A stretch of 64,000 nucleotides of DNA from a bacterium (GTDB lineage: Bacteria > Fidelibacterota > Fidelibacteria > Fidelibacterales > Fidelibacteraceae): the NCBI GenBank assembly GCA_963676395.1, contig OY781066.1:896001-960000 (forward strand), given 5' to 3'. The translations under genes were made by a program, and so were the position numbers. The first letter of the stretch is position 1, and each line of letters begins with the position of its first letter. The notes under the pieces are model-generated. The model was given only the letters and a program-made list of their open reading frames with translations, was not told the origin of the DNA and made no database searches. Positions 1 to 8,975 of the stretch are shown here, piece after piece.

Positions 1-1404
1 GGATTGTAATCGAACAATATAAACGCCTGAACCAAGATTATCCGGTTGCCATTTAATTGAATAAGCGCCCTTATGTTTATAAGTATTCTCAAGTACATCA
101 ACCAACAGTCCGCCAATATCATAAATTCTCAAAGTAGTTTGTGCATCTTTTGTTAAATAATAATCTAATGTTACACTTGGATTAAAGGGATTAGGGTAAG
201 CTTTCTGCAATCCAAATTGCATGGGTAATTTCACGTTTTCTGATTCAATAGTAATTTCAATTGGATCATGCCATATAATTGTACCACTAAAACCCACATC
301 TCCTAAACGATAAGTATACCTTGCTCCAGGTTTTACATTTATATCGACAAATTGATAATTGTGTTTTTCTGTTGTTGATCCATATCCGACCAAAGCATCA
401 TAATGCAAATAATCTGCAAGATGTTCCCAGGACAATTCATCAACTAGACGCTTTTCAAGAATAAACCCTTGATTCTCGGTTTCACTTTCGGTTTCCCAAA
501 TTAGAGTAATACCTTCGGCATCAGGCTCGGCATAAAAGGATGTCAGCTCAATAGGTGTAGCAGATTCTGCCGTTGTCACCTCTTGGTACACAGTATAATC
601 GCTAGTACCGTCTTCATTTCTAGCCCGAAACCTCACATAATACGTTGTACTTACATCTAAGCCACCAACTTCTTCAGTTGGTACAAGCATTTCCATATTA
701 CTTTTAACAATGTTTGTAAATGATGTATTGGTACTTACCTGATAATCCCAGTGCGTAATGCGATAATCTTTTTTGTCGGTCAAAGTAATTGTAAAAGATG
801 TTGGCTTGACGTCAGATAATGTGAATACTGGATTAACAGGTGTTGACCAGGACCAATATAAATCAAATTCTACTTTATAATATCCATTTTCACCTTCGAC
901 ACCACAATCGACATAATCTATACTTGTACTACCATTGTTTTTGAAATTTTGCCATGTATTCCTGATGATAGAGCTACTCAAATTATTCATATAATCATAA
1001 TCTGCACTGTAAACATCATCATCGTCACTTTGATATGTACTCACCGGATCTACATCATGCTCCCATCCTTCTAGCCTAATATAAATATTATCGGCATTAT
1101 CTAAACAAGTACCGCTCCACACAACATTCACATCTTCAGAATCCCAAGCACCATTACTATATGCCCGCTCATTGATACTTGAGTGATATTTTACATTTGA
1201 AAAGCTATTGGAGTAAGATGCACCAATATATAAAGAATAGCTCCAAACCGGATCAGCATTTCCAAACTCAAAATTAGTTAAAGCATAAAAATCATCCGTA
1301 CGAATCTGAAAGTCTATTTTTTCTTGAGCAAACAAATTGACCAAAGGAATAATTAAAATGATTACTGTTACTAATACTAAAATTTTCTTCCTACCTAATC
1401 TCAT
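1..1404 (-). CDS. Secreted protein with fibronectin-III-like domain and T9SS/FlgD-type C-terminal sorting domain (3'-partial, runs off the window)
   Basis: Not in the ORF track; translated by hand from ATG at 1404. Signal peptide MRLGRKKILVLVTVIILIIPLVNLFAQ, FN3-like YYVRFRARNEDG, PIELTSF...WETESETENQGF module, then AYPNPFNP...NLGSGVYIVRLQS at the window edge. Confidence 0.85.
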   Translation of the reverse strand, partial: MRLGRKKILVLVTVIILIIPLVNLFAQEKIDFQIRTDDFYALTNFEFGNADPVWSYSLYIGASYSNSFSNVKYHSSINERAYSNGAWDSEDVNVVWSGTCLDNADNIYIRLEGWEHDVDPVSTYQSDDDDVYSADYDYMNNLSSSIIRNTWQNFKNNGSTSIDYVDCGVEGENGYYKVEFDLYWSWSTPVNPVFTLSDVKPTSFTITLTDKKDYRITHWDYQVSTNTSFTNIVKSNMEMLVPTEEVGGLDVSTTYYVRFRARNEDGTSDYTVYQEVTTAESATPIELTSFYAEPDAEGITLIWETESETENQGFILEKRLVDELSWEHLADYLHYDALVGYGSTTEKHNYQFVDINVKPGARYTYRLGDVGFSGTIIWHDPIEITIESENVKLPMQFGLQKAYPNPFNPSVTLDYYLTKDAQTTLRIYDIGGLLVDVLENTYKHKGAYSIKWQPDNLGSGVYIVRLQS

Positions 1405-1556
1405 TCTCTTCTCCTATTTTTTTCGAGTATAATCATACTTCTAAGCAAATTACACTGTTAAAATATTTACTAATATTTGCGCAACGAACATCTTTGTGAT
1501 GAATAGGAATAATTTATATAAAATGACGTCTTTTTTATTTTAAATTGATCAATTGC

Positions 1557-2411
1557 CTAAGTACTAAAGTCCCTGATCATTTCTTTAGGAAAATCTCTTG
1601 ATACCGGAATAGTAAATTCAAGCTTCGAAATGTGCAAACTGAGGTTTCTGGCATTACCGTCAACCTTTACCACATTATTCAAGTTCACTAAAAATGAACG
1701 ATGGCAACGTTTCACCTTACTAAATTTATTTAACTGCTCTTCAATACTTGTTATCGAATTTCGAATAATTTTTGATTTAACGATTTCATCATGACGATAA
1801 TAAACAATTAAATAATTTCCCTCAGCCTTTAAACACAAAAAATCATTTAGATCGATCTCAATATTTTCATTTTTATTTCTAGATAAAATACAAATACGAG
1901 TTTCCTCATTATTCTTGTTAATTTTATAAATATTATCGGTAATATCAGCAGCAAATCTCTCATTGGTCTTTGTCAGATATTTTTCCATAAGCAAAAATAA
2001 AATAAATGTCGGAGTAATCCCGACCGCTATCGTCGAGAACAAAAAATAAAACAGACTTTTTTGTTGGATAATCCCCAAACCAACTGTTGAGTTATATATC
2101 CAATTTAATAGAACCATTATAATAAAATGGTAAATTGTAAAAACAAATGTCCTACCGATTGTCCAATTGTCATAATCAAAAAATCGTTTAAAAATACAAG
2201 GAAGCAGAAAAAAACCGGATATCATAACAGAAAAATTAATTATTGAATAGCCGGCGATAAAAAGTGATTTATTCTTTTCAATTTCAGACATACCGAAAGG
2301 TTGAAATATCTCAAGAAAAATTAAAATAAACACAGAAAATATTATAGAGGCCAGTATTCTATATCTTCTTTTTTCAATAAAAGGAAAGGGCTTACTAAAA
2401 AAATTATTCAT
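1557..2411 (-). CDS. Membrane-anchored LytTR-family transcriptional regulator
   Basis: About four N-terminal TM segments, then LytTR motifs KAEGNY and RCHRSFLVN...IPVSR. ATG 2411 preferred over the track start 2462. Confidence 0.85.
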   Translation of the reverse strand: MNNFFSKPFPFIEKRRYRILASIIFSVFILIFLEIFQPFGMSEIEKNKSLFIAGYSIINFSVMISGFFLLPCIFKRFFDYDNWTIGRTFVFTIYHFIIMVLLNWIYNSTVGLGIIQQKSLFYFLFSTIAVGITPTFILFLLMEKYLTKTNERFAADITDNIYKINKNNEETRICILSRNKNENIEIDLNDFLCLKAEGNYLIVYYRHDEIVKSKIIRNSITSIEEQLNKFSKVKRCHRSFLVNLNNVVKVDGNARNLSLHISKLEFTIPVSRDFPKEMIRDFST

Positions 2412-2750
2412 ATTAAATCCATAATAAACATTGTTCTCAACAAAAAATACTTCATTTAACACCCAATAGCCAAAAGCTTTTTATAAATATCATATAAATT
2501 TTTAGTTTGAGTGCCTCACCGACCTTCCTCCCATAATCAAACACTCAAATACTTAATTTTTTCAACTTCCTTCCGACAAATCCAAGTACAATTAAACCCA
2601 GTGTATAATGGAAAAACATACTGATTTCAGAATCGAGGCAACATCTTCATCTCATTGCTATAAAATTGTGCCCATTTTGTGGAAGCTTTTTGTCCCAAAA
2701 TGTCCAGAAATGCCGAAACTCGCAGTAATACTATAAAAATGCAGTAAAGA

Positions 2751-2786
2751 AAAAAGCCCTCATAATCTCATTATTTACAAGGGCTT
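2751..2786 (-). terminator. Hairpin next to the att copy (AAGCCCT...AGGGCTT with T-run on the minus strand)
   Basis: aaaaagccctcataatctcattatttacaagggctt lies immediately 3' (minus-strand sense) of the tRNA fragment. Confidence 0.5.
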
Positions 2787-2791
2787 ATAGT

Positions 2792-2835
2792 GTACGCCAT
2801 CGGGGACTTGAACCCCGAACCAACGGATTAAAAGT
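2792..2835 (-). mobile_element. att-like direct repeat: 44-bp copy of the tRNA-Lys 3' half
   Basis: gtacgccatcggggacttgaaccccgaaccaacggattaaaagt matches 8594-8637 at 42/44 positions and ends at the anticodon loop. Confidence 0.9.
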
Positions 2836-2967
2836 AAAGTGGAGAGCCTTTATCTAAGCGGGTTATACGGTTTGTGTACACCAAGATGTGGCTGGTGGAG
2901 GAAAATTCTGACGTATTCATTATTTGGTAAACTTGTATACAGCATTAAAGATCGTTTAGAAATAAAA

Positions 2968-3744
2968 TTACCTAATAGCTTTTTTAAAGGCTTTTAGTGC
3001 AAGCCACATACCAAGAATTGAGAATACTGCAAGAACTAAAAATGAAAGCCACAATGGAATATTAGCAGGTATACCCATACCAGGTGTTGCTTCTAAGCTG
3101 ATTTGTCTCATACCTGTTACAATATAGGTTGTGGGATTGATATAAGCACCTATTCTCATCCACATAGGTAGGGTCTCTAAGGGGTACAATGAATTACTCA
3201 AGAAAAGCAAAGGTAATTGAAGCATAAATATCATCATATGATATCCTTCTGAGCTATCGGTAGAAGAAGCGACAGCTAAAGCTATGCCTGAAAATCCTAT
3301 TCCATAGCCTGTAACCAAAACAAGGCCACCTATCCACCCCAGTGGATTGCTCCCCAATTTTGCACCCATTAAAACACCTACGATAAAAATAATTATGGAT
3401 TGAACTAAAACCTTTGTAAGAATACTACTAGCATTCCCCATTAGTATACTTAATCGTGAAATTGGAGCGACAAGATATTCTTTTACTACGCCCATTAGAC
3501 GTTCGTTTAACCATGTTGACCCTCCGGCGATCGCTCCACTCACAGCTGTAAGCGCCACGATCCCGGGAACCATAAACGTCATATAATCATTTCCATTTGT
3601 TGAGGAACCACTCATTAAACTACGCATGCCAACTCCGAACAATACAACCCATAATATAGGTTGTATTAGCATACCAATGATCTCTTCGGGGTGAATCCGA
3701 ATTTTTTTTATTTGTTTCTGCCATAATAAATACGTTTTATTCAT
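2968..3744 (-). CDS. ABC-2 type efflux permease (DrrB-like)
   Basis: Six TM segments, YMTFMVPG, ER..G..KEYLVAPISR, NP.TY motifs; follows the ABC ATPase. Confidence 0.9.
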   Translation of the reverse strand: MNKTYLLWQKQIKKIRIHPEEIIGMLIQPILWVVLFGVGMRSLMSGSSTNGNDYMTFMVPGIVALTAVSGAIAGGSTWLNERLMGVVKEYLVAPISRLSILMGNASSILTKVLVQSIIIFIVGVLMGAKLGSNPLGWIGGLVLVTGYGIGFSGIALAVASSTDSSEGYHMMIFMLQLPLLFLSNSLYPLETLPMWMRIGAYINPTTYIVTGMRQISLEATPGMGIPANIPLWLSFLVLAVFSILGMWLALKAFKKAIR

Positions 3745-3755
3745 ATTATTTATCC

Positions 3756-4709
3756 TTATTTATCTCGTAATTGCCTTCCGGTATATTTCAAAAACACATC
3801 TCCCAGGTCAGGTTTTGAAACTGAAATATCATCGATTGAAAATCCATTCTCATTGGCTATCCTTATAACTTCAACTAGGCGCTGATTACCCTTATCTACG
3901 CCGATCTGCATAACATCATCAGAAGTATCTATATTTTCGATATACGATAGTTTTTCTATCTTTGACAAGAATTTCTTAGCATTGCCACTTCCATATATTT
4001 TTATATTGTCGGCACCCATTTTATCGATAAGATCATCAGGTGATCCCTCTATCACGATCTTTCCTTGATCGATGATACCAACTCTATCGGCTAGCGCTGC
4101 CGCTTCGTCCATATAGTGAGTTGTTAAGATAATTGTCATGTTTGTATTTGTTTTTAAGGTCCTGATATAATCCCAGATTTTCATCCGGTTCTGGGGATCT
4201 AAGCCTTGGGTCGGTTCGTCAAGGAACAATATTTCAGGATCAGTTATTAATCCACGAGCTAACTCCAAACGTCTTTTCATACCTCCGGAATATGTTTTGG
4301 TCAATCTATCTGCTGCTTCTTCCAACTCAATAAGCTGTAATAGCTCATCGACCTTTTTACTGCGCTCTGATCTATTCATACCATAGAGTCGTGCATGAAA
4401 ATCCAACGATTCACGCCCCGTCATATCAGGATCTAGAACAATTTCTTGAAAAGTCACTCCAATTTTCCGACGAACTTTATCTGCTTCTTTAACAATATTT
4501 AAGCCCTTTATTTGTGCGCTTCCGGATGTGGGCTCTGTTAAGGTTGTCAGCATAGATATTGTTGTTGTTTTTCCGGCACCATTGGGGCCCAATATGGCAT
4601 AGATCGTATTATTTGGTATGCTAAGATCAAGATGATCGACAGCCAGAACATCCTTATCATATGTTTTAGTCAGACCTTTCGTTATGATCGCTTGTTCTTT
4701 TTTTTGCAT
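3756..4709 (-). CDS. ABC transporter ATP-binding protein (DrrA-like)
   Basis: Walker A GPNGAGKTT, signature YSGGMKRR, Walker B LFLDEPT, TTHYMDEA. Confidence 0.95.
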   Translation of the reverse strand: MQKKEQAIITKGLTKTYDKDVLAVDHLDLSIPNNTIYAILGPNGAGKTTTISMLTTLTEPTSGSAQIKGLNIVKEADKVRRKIGVTFQEIVLDPDMTGRESLDFHARLYGMNRSERSKKVDELLQLIELEEAADRLTKTYSGGMKRRLELARGLITDPEILFLDEPTQGLDPQNRMKIWDYIRTLKTNTNMTIILTTHYMDEAAALADRVGIIDQGKIVIEGSPDDLIDKMGADNIKIYGSGNAKKFLSKIEKLSYIENIDTSDDVMQIGVDKGNQRLVEVIRIANENGFSIDDISVSKPDLGDVFLKYTGRQLRDK

Positions 4710-4717
4710 ATTTCTTC

Positions 4718-5545
4718 CTATACTTTAACATTTGTCAACGTTTCAGCGACTTTTAATAGTTTTTCCGTTTTGTCTAATTCTTTTTCCGGGATCGACATCT
4801 CCCGTTTTTCATCTTTATAACAATATATTCCGGATACATTCTTAAATTCATCCGAAATGGCCATTGTTGCTATTCTTTCACCGCCATATTGGGGTTTTTC
4901 TAAAAATGAATTAAGAATTCTCATAAAGAATTTTGGGTATTCTCTGAATGAGTCTGTTGCCAGTACTCCGGGATGTAGCGCGTTTACAGTGATCCCAAGA
5001 TCTTTATATTTCCGGGACAGGGTAAGCGTAAATAGTATTCCTGCCAATTTAGAATTTGCGTAAGCATTACTTGCTTTATATTTCGATTTCATCATGAGAT
5101 CCTGCAGATCTATTGTACCGCTTTTGTATAGTTCGGAGACCACATTTACAATGCGTGCGTTATCGGCTCTCTCTAAGTTTGGCTGTAGGAGCTTTGACAA
5201 CATGTAAGGGGCAAGAAAATTTACAGCGAATGTCAATTCCATACCGAGCGCATTTTCCTCTCTTTTAACTTTATATACACCGGCGTTATTAACCAAGACA
5301 TCAATGACCGGGAATTGACTGTTGATCTTTTTTACTACAGAAGTGATTGACTTAGGATCTGCCAAATCCGCTGTAAACAATACGATATTTTTATTTCCGC
5401 TTGCCTCTATGATCTCCTTTTGAGCCAAACGGGATTTTTCACTGTCACGACAAAGCATAAGGACCTGATGTCCTTGTTTAGCAAGAATGAGTGCTGCTTC
5501 TTTTCCAATTCCTGAATTTGATCCTGTTATGATAATAGTTTTCAT
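4718..5545 (-). CDS. Short-chain dehydrogenase/reductase (retinol-DH-like)
   Basis: TGSNSGIG, NNAG, catalytic YANSK, HPG. Confidence 0.92.
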   Translation of the reverse strand: MKTIIITGSNSGIGKEAALILAKQGHQVLMLCRDSEKSRLAQKEIIEASGNKNIVLFTADLADPKSITSVVKKINSQFPVIDVLVNNAGVYKVKREENALGMELTFAVNFLAPYMLSKLLQPNLERADNARIVNVVSELYKSGTIDLQDLMMKSKYKASNAYANSKLAGILFTLTLSRKYKDLGITVNALHPGVLATDSFREYPKFFMRILNSFLEKPQYGGERIATMAISDEFKNVSGIYCYKDEKREMSIPEKELDKTEKLLKVAETLTNVKV

Positions 5546-5568
5546 TGTATTATTTATCCTTTCTTCAA

Positions 5569-6072
5569 TTAGCTTTGATATCGTTCAATAATTTTCGTTA
5601 ACCATTGAATTTCATTTTTGTAATAATTGTGATGATATTCTATGGACAAGTGACTCTGTCGAATGTCTTCTGAAAGAGCGTCCAAGGCTTGAAACTTTTT
5701 ATTAATTTGCTCAAGACGTTCCTGTAATAGAATCGCCACTTCATCCGAGGAAAGTGCATATAAATAATCCAGACCAACAACCGCGGGAAACTGAGGAGAG
5801 GGGCAAGTGGCAATGTTTTTACGAAGAAAATTTAAAAATGCTTCTTCACCTTTCTTGGTGATCGAATAAACACGTCGCACAGGTCGATTTCCCTCTTGCT
5901 TTTCATGATGAATGATCAAACCTTCATTTTCCATGTCTGTTAATAACTTATAAGCATTGGATTTTTTTAACTTAATCGGAAGTCCAAGTTCATTTTTTAA
6001 TATTTCATTTAATTGATAACCATGCATTTCGTGGCTTCTCAGTAGCCCTAAAAGTAAAAGTCTTTTCTCCAT
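5569..6072 (-). CDS. PadR-family transcriptional regulator
   Basis: LLGLL...MHGYQL...RP.RRVYSIT..G. ATG 6072 has an AAAGGAG RBS (track start 6090). Confidence 0.88.
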   Translation of the reverse strand: MEKRLLLLGLLRSHEMHGYQLNEILKNELGLPIKLKKSNAYKLLTDMENEGLIIHHEKQEGNRPVRRVYSITKKGEEAFLNFLRKNIATCPSPQFPAVVGLDYLYALSSDEVAILLQERLEQINKKFQALDALSEDIRQSHLSIEYHHNYYKNEIQWLTKIIERYQS

Positions 6073-6091
6073 TTTAATATCTCCTTTCATT

Positions 6092-6108
6092 TAGTCACAA
6101 ACGGACTA
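6092..6108. promoter_or_regulatory. Candidate PadR autoregulatory operator
   Basis: TAGTC-N7-GACTA inverted repeat directly upstream of padR. Confidence 0.3.
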
Positions 6109-6385
6109 TTCATTAATGACCAATATATGCTTTAAATTTTCTTAAGTCAATCTTTTCCCATGTTTTTTTATCTAATGACAAAAATGACAACTATAAGTCA
6201 TAACTAAAGAGGCGTATTCGAATAAATAACCAATCAAGGATTAACCTTATTCGATTTTCGAAGACTTCATATATAGCCTGTCCTTCGAAGCTTTAGCGAA
6301 GAAGGATAATCCTTGTTCATTATTCGTAAATCAATTCCCCTCTTCTCCTTTTCGCCCCCTCTCCCCATCGCTTCTTAAAATGCTA

Positions 6386-6463
6386 CCAAACATCCCTCAT
6401 AAAATTCAAGGTAATAAAAACTCCCCATCGTCTAAATGGGGAGAGTGGTATGCCATCAGGGAC
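6386..6463 (-). mobile_element. Second att-like repeat: 18-bp tRNA-Lys 3' end plus copy of the tRNA downstream terminator region
   Basis: tggtatgccatcagggac (6446-6463) matches 8592-8609 at 17/18. 6386-6443 aligns by hand to 8444-8500 at about 44/58, including the TCCCCAT..ATGGGGA hairpin. Confidence 0.75.
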
Positions 6464-6638
6464 GGGTCGATTAGAGATTTTAGATTGATGATTGTTGATT
6501 TGATCTCAGAACAAGGATCACCGATATCCGGTTCACAAATTTTTATCTTTTTCCTGACCCCACACCCCTGACCCCAGGTGAATGTGGCTGGTGTAGGAAA
6601 GGAAGTACTATAATAACATTACCTCATTTTCATGTTCA

Positions 6639-7322
6639 TTAACCCAGTCCGTAAATATGTACGAGGGTATAATAAATACCAACAAGAATAAAAAGCCCCC
6701 CTGTGATCTTACGTACCCAGATCTCGATCTGCGTCAGCTTGGTAAATATCTTGCTAACTGATTTTGTTGCAAAGGCAAGCAGGAAAGCAAAGAGAATAAC
6801 CGGCAAGGCAGTTCCGACACCATAGATTAAAGGAAAAATAATAATGGAGTTTTCTTTTATGGCAAGCGGTACCAGCCCACCAAAAAACAATCCCGCTGAA
6901 ACAGGACAAAAACTCAGGGCAAAAAGTGCTCCGATTGGTAAAGCCAAAAATATTCCACTTTTCGCAGCTTTTTCTTGAATGTGGTCTGTTTTGAATGAGA
7001 ACGAGATGTTCTTTCCCAGCCAATTCAACAATAGCATTCCCAACAGGATCATCACAGGTCCGAGAATCTCATTCATGTGTTTTTGCAAAAATCGGGAGAT
7101 CTCAGCATTTGCCAGTAATCCGGCTGCGATGCCAGCGCCCAATAGGATATACACGAGAGTTCGGCCAAGAGTATACAATAATCCGGATGTGAGGACATGA
7201 GCTTTATTGCCTGCTTTTCGAGAAATAAAAGAAATTGAGGCAATATTTGTTGCAAGCGGGCAAGGACTGATGGCCGTCATAATTCCTAACCACAAAGCGC
7301 TGAAAATGGACAGCTCCATCAT
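6639..7322 (-). CDS. ArsG-like / DsbD_2-type membrane redox-transport protein
   Basis: Six TM segments with ISPCPLATNI and SFCPVSA cysteine motifs typical of CcdA/DsbD-like ArsG-family proteins. Confidence 0.75.
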   Translation of the reverse strand: MMELSIFSALWLGIMTAISPCPLATNIASISFISRKAGNKAHVLTSGLLYTLGRTLVYILLGAGIAAGLLANAEISRFLQKHMNEILGPVMILLGMLLLNWLGKNISFSFKTDHIQEKAAKSGIFLALPIGALFALSFCPVSAGLFFGGLVPLAIKENSIIIFPLIYGVGTALPVILFAFLLAFATKSVSKIFTKLTQIEIWVRKITGGLFILVGIYYTLVHIYGLG

Positions 7323-7792
7323 TTTCTCACCTCTTTACTGAGGTAAATATCAATCGCATCGCTGATATGTTGATCAAATGCTTCAGGATCTTTCATCAGT
7401 GTCCAAACCTCGTTTAATCGCTGAAAGTCAATGACCTCTCCATTTTGGATATCGGCGACAACAACACACGATGCGGCAACATCAAATTGTTTAGATAGGT
7501 CGATGTCTTTCATAAAATCAATGTCTTGCCATTGGATACTTCCGTCTTCAAGAAAAGAGCTATATTGTCTATCCAGCAGATTTCGGGTCATCGTTTCGAT
7601 GGTATTACAGGTTTCACAGCGAAAGGTGGAATGCATGTAATAAACCGCAACGAAATCAATATTTTTGTTAATTGTTTGACTATCTTGCCTGTTGACAGAA
7701 TTTTTCCCTAACATAAAACCGATACTGACGAAGATGAAAATCAACAGCAAATAGGTAGCAATGGATTTTAACCCGTCTTTATTGACTATCAT
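7319..7792 (-). CDS. ArsF-like thioredoxin-fold protein
   Basis: N-terminal TM, YYMHSTFRCETCNTIE motif, adjacent to the ArsG-like gene. Confidence 0.7.
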   Translation of the reverse strand: MIVNKDGLKSIATYLLLIFIFVSIGFMLGKNSVNRQDSQTINKNIDFVAVYYMHSTFRCETCNTIETMTRNLLDRQYSSFLEDGSIQWQDIDFMKDIDLSKQFDVAASCVVVADIQNGEVIDFQRLNEVWTLMKDPEAFDQHISDAIDIYLSKEVRK

Positions 7793-7794
7793 GT

Positions 7795-8265
7795 TTAGCA
7801 ACCACTGCTTCCGCAGCCGACAGTTTCCCTTGAATCACAGTCACCGCAGGCGTCATCAATGATCGTATCATTTAGTGGTTTCTTCGAAGGTTTAAGATCA
7901 TATCCCAGTTCGGCCCATTTTTCAAGAATATTATTTTTTGATATAAATCCGATATGCCGCCAGAGCTCATTACCTTTAGCATCGAAAAAGATTTGGGTAG
8001 GGATCTTGGTTATCCCATATTTTTCTGCTTCAAGTTGGTTCTCCGGTTTCCAGACATCGATAAACTCAACGTCGAGCACACCGGCATACTCTTCCTTCAA
8101 TTCTTCAAGTATAGGTGCCATTTCCTTGCATGGAATGCATTTGTCTGCCCCCAGATCCAATAGCTTAGGTGTGCCGTTGACAGATTTTCCGCAAGATAGC
8201 AATAGCACAAATACAAGTAAGACAGTAAAGAAAGTGAACCGTGAATTCATTTTACTTATTTTCAA
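7795..8265 (-). CDS. Thioredoxin-family lipoprotein with Cys-rich tail
   Basis: Lipobox LLSC, DLGADKCIPCKEM, IPTQIFFD..G, C-terminal CGDC...GCGSSGC. Confidence 0.85.
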   Translation of the reverse strand: MKISKMNSRFTFFTVLLVFVLLLSCGKSVNGTPKLLDLGADKCIPCKEMAPILEELKEEYAGVLDVEFIDVWKPENQLEAEKYGITKIPTQIFFDAKGNELWRHIGFISKNNILEKWAELGYDLKPSKKPLNDTIIDDACGDCDSRETVGCGSSGC

Positions 8266-8471
8266 ATGTAGGCCTCCTGGACGTATTTTTCATTATCCTT
8301 TATGTAGTAAAGGAGTATTTGGTAAAATAGCCCAATGTTTATTGATTACCAAATTCAAAATTGATAGTCCTTGCCCAATATTCTCAAATATAATTTTATT
8401 TTCATTGTTTATCCTACTTTTCCACTCATATGATAAAATAATGCCAAACAACTTTATAAAACTCAGGGCAA

Positions 8472-8500
8472 TAAAAAATCCCCATCACTAGAATGGGGAA
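8472..8500 (-). terminator. Intrinsic terminator downstream of the tRNA pair
   Basis: TCCCCAT-N7-ATGGGGA hairpin followed by a T-run on the minus strand. Confidence 0.65.
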
Positions 8501-8591
8501 GTTTTATTAGCCAGCCTTCGCTACCAACTACGCTTTTGCTTCGTCGGTCAAGAAAGCTACGGCTGACCTTCGCCCCGAATACTCGGGACCT

Positions 8592-8667
8592 TGGTACGCC
8601 ATCAGGGACTTGAACCCCGAACCAACGGATTAAGAGTCCGGTGCTCTACCAATTGAGCTAATGGCGC
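8592..8667 (-). tRNA. tRNA-Lys (anticodon CTT)
   Basis: Reverse complement GCGCCATTAGCTCAATTGGTAGAGCACCGGACTCTTAATCCGTTGGTTCGGGGTTCAAGTCCCTGATGGCGTACCA folds as a cloverleaf with encoded CCA. Confidence 0.96.
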
Positions 8668-8674
8668 ATATGAA

Positions 8675-8738
8675 AGCTATCAGCCTTCAGCTATTAGCAA
8701 TCAATCGACTGACTGCTGACAGCTGATTACTGTAAGCT
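8675..8738. repeat. Inverted heptamer-periodic tract between the two tRNAs
   Basis: agctatc-agccttc-agctatt-agcaatc followed by ctgactg-ctgacag-ctgatta-ctgtaag. Confidence 0.7.
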
Positions 8739-8745
8739 ATGATTG

Positions 8746-8819
8746 TACGCACGGAAGGATTCGAACCCTCGGCCTTCGGAACCGGAATCCGACGCTCTAT
8801 CCAGCTGAGCTACGTGCGC
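8746..8819 (-). tRNA. tRNA-Arg (anticodon CCG)
   Basis: GCGCACGTAGCTCAGCTGGATAGAGCGTCGGATTCCGGTTCCGAAGGCCGAGGGTTCGAATCCTTCCGTGCGTA; CCA not encoded. Confidence 0.95.
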
Positions 8820-8975
8820 AAATGCTATTTCAACAAGCGGAGTAATATAATTTAAATCATTTTCGTTTCAAAATGATTTATTGTTTGGTATGATGACAAT
8901 CTGACTTAAATACAAGATGCTCGCATTATATTTCAAACAAACAGGATTAATACAACAATTATATATACAACACTA

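Noticed and set aside
2792..2835. Possible third tRNA gene
   Set aside because: Only the 3' half is present, with no D-arm or 5' acceptor strand; treated as an att fragment.
7859..8491. 210-aa plus-strand ORF and other antisense ORFs (e.g. 12284-12907, 28318-28884)
   Set aside because: Shadow frames opposite well-supported genes.
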